DNA of 64,000 nt from Squalus acanthias (lineage: Eukaryota). The DNA lies in NCBI GenBank assembly GCA_030390025.1, contig CM059432.1, positions 10,044,001 through 10,108,000 of the forward strand, read 5' to 3'. The position numbers and the translations under genes are program-made. Below, one piece after another: positions 63,869 to 64,000 of this stretch (position 1 is its first letter; the number at the start of each line of letters is the position of its first letter). The notes under the pieces were generated by a model that worked only from the letters and a program-made list of their open reading frames with translations, ran no database searches and was not told where the DNA came from.

Positions 63869-64000
63869 ATAAAAACAGAAAATGCTGGAAATACTCAGCA
63901 GGTCATGCAGCATCTGTGGAGAGAGAAACAGAGTTAACAGAAATCTGAAACATTAACTCTGTTTTTCTCTTCACAGATATGCTGCTTGACCTGCTGAGTA
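63869..64000. mobile_element. Inverted Penelope pLTR pair (truncated by the window end)
   Basis: TACTCAGCAGGTCA..CAGAGTTAAC and ATTAACTCTG..TGACCTGCTGAGTA. Same family as 21300-21400, with the hammerhead core lost at the centre. Confidence 0.75.

Overview
Repeat-saturated vertebrate DNA, most likely from a cartilaginous fish (inferred from the CR1, DeuSINE, Penelope and Harbinger content). No convincing host protein-coding gene was found. The centre (about 23,990-51,470) is a 27.5-kb satellite of a 16-bp monomer (TAACTCCCGAATATTG) with kilobase higher-order duplications, and it appears to have expanded from one motif inside a small inverted-repeat transposon. The flanks hold many CR1 LINEs, including a deep nest of two nearly intact young copies inside another LINE inside a GT microsatellite. 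They also hold RTE and L2 LINE ends, two tRNA-derived SINE families, a decayed PIF/Harbinger transposase, at least four Harbinger-type MITEs with 3-bp target duplications, and Penelope-like elements carrying minimal hammerhead ribozyme motifs. All calls come from reading the sequence; no database searches were run.
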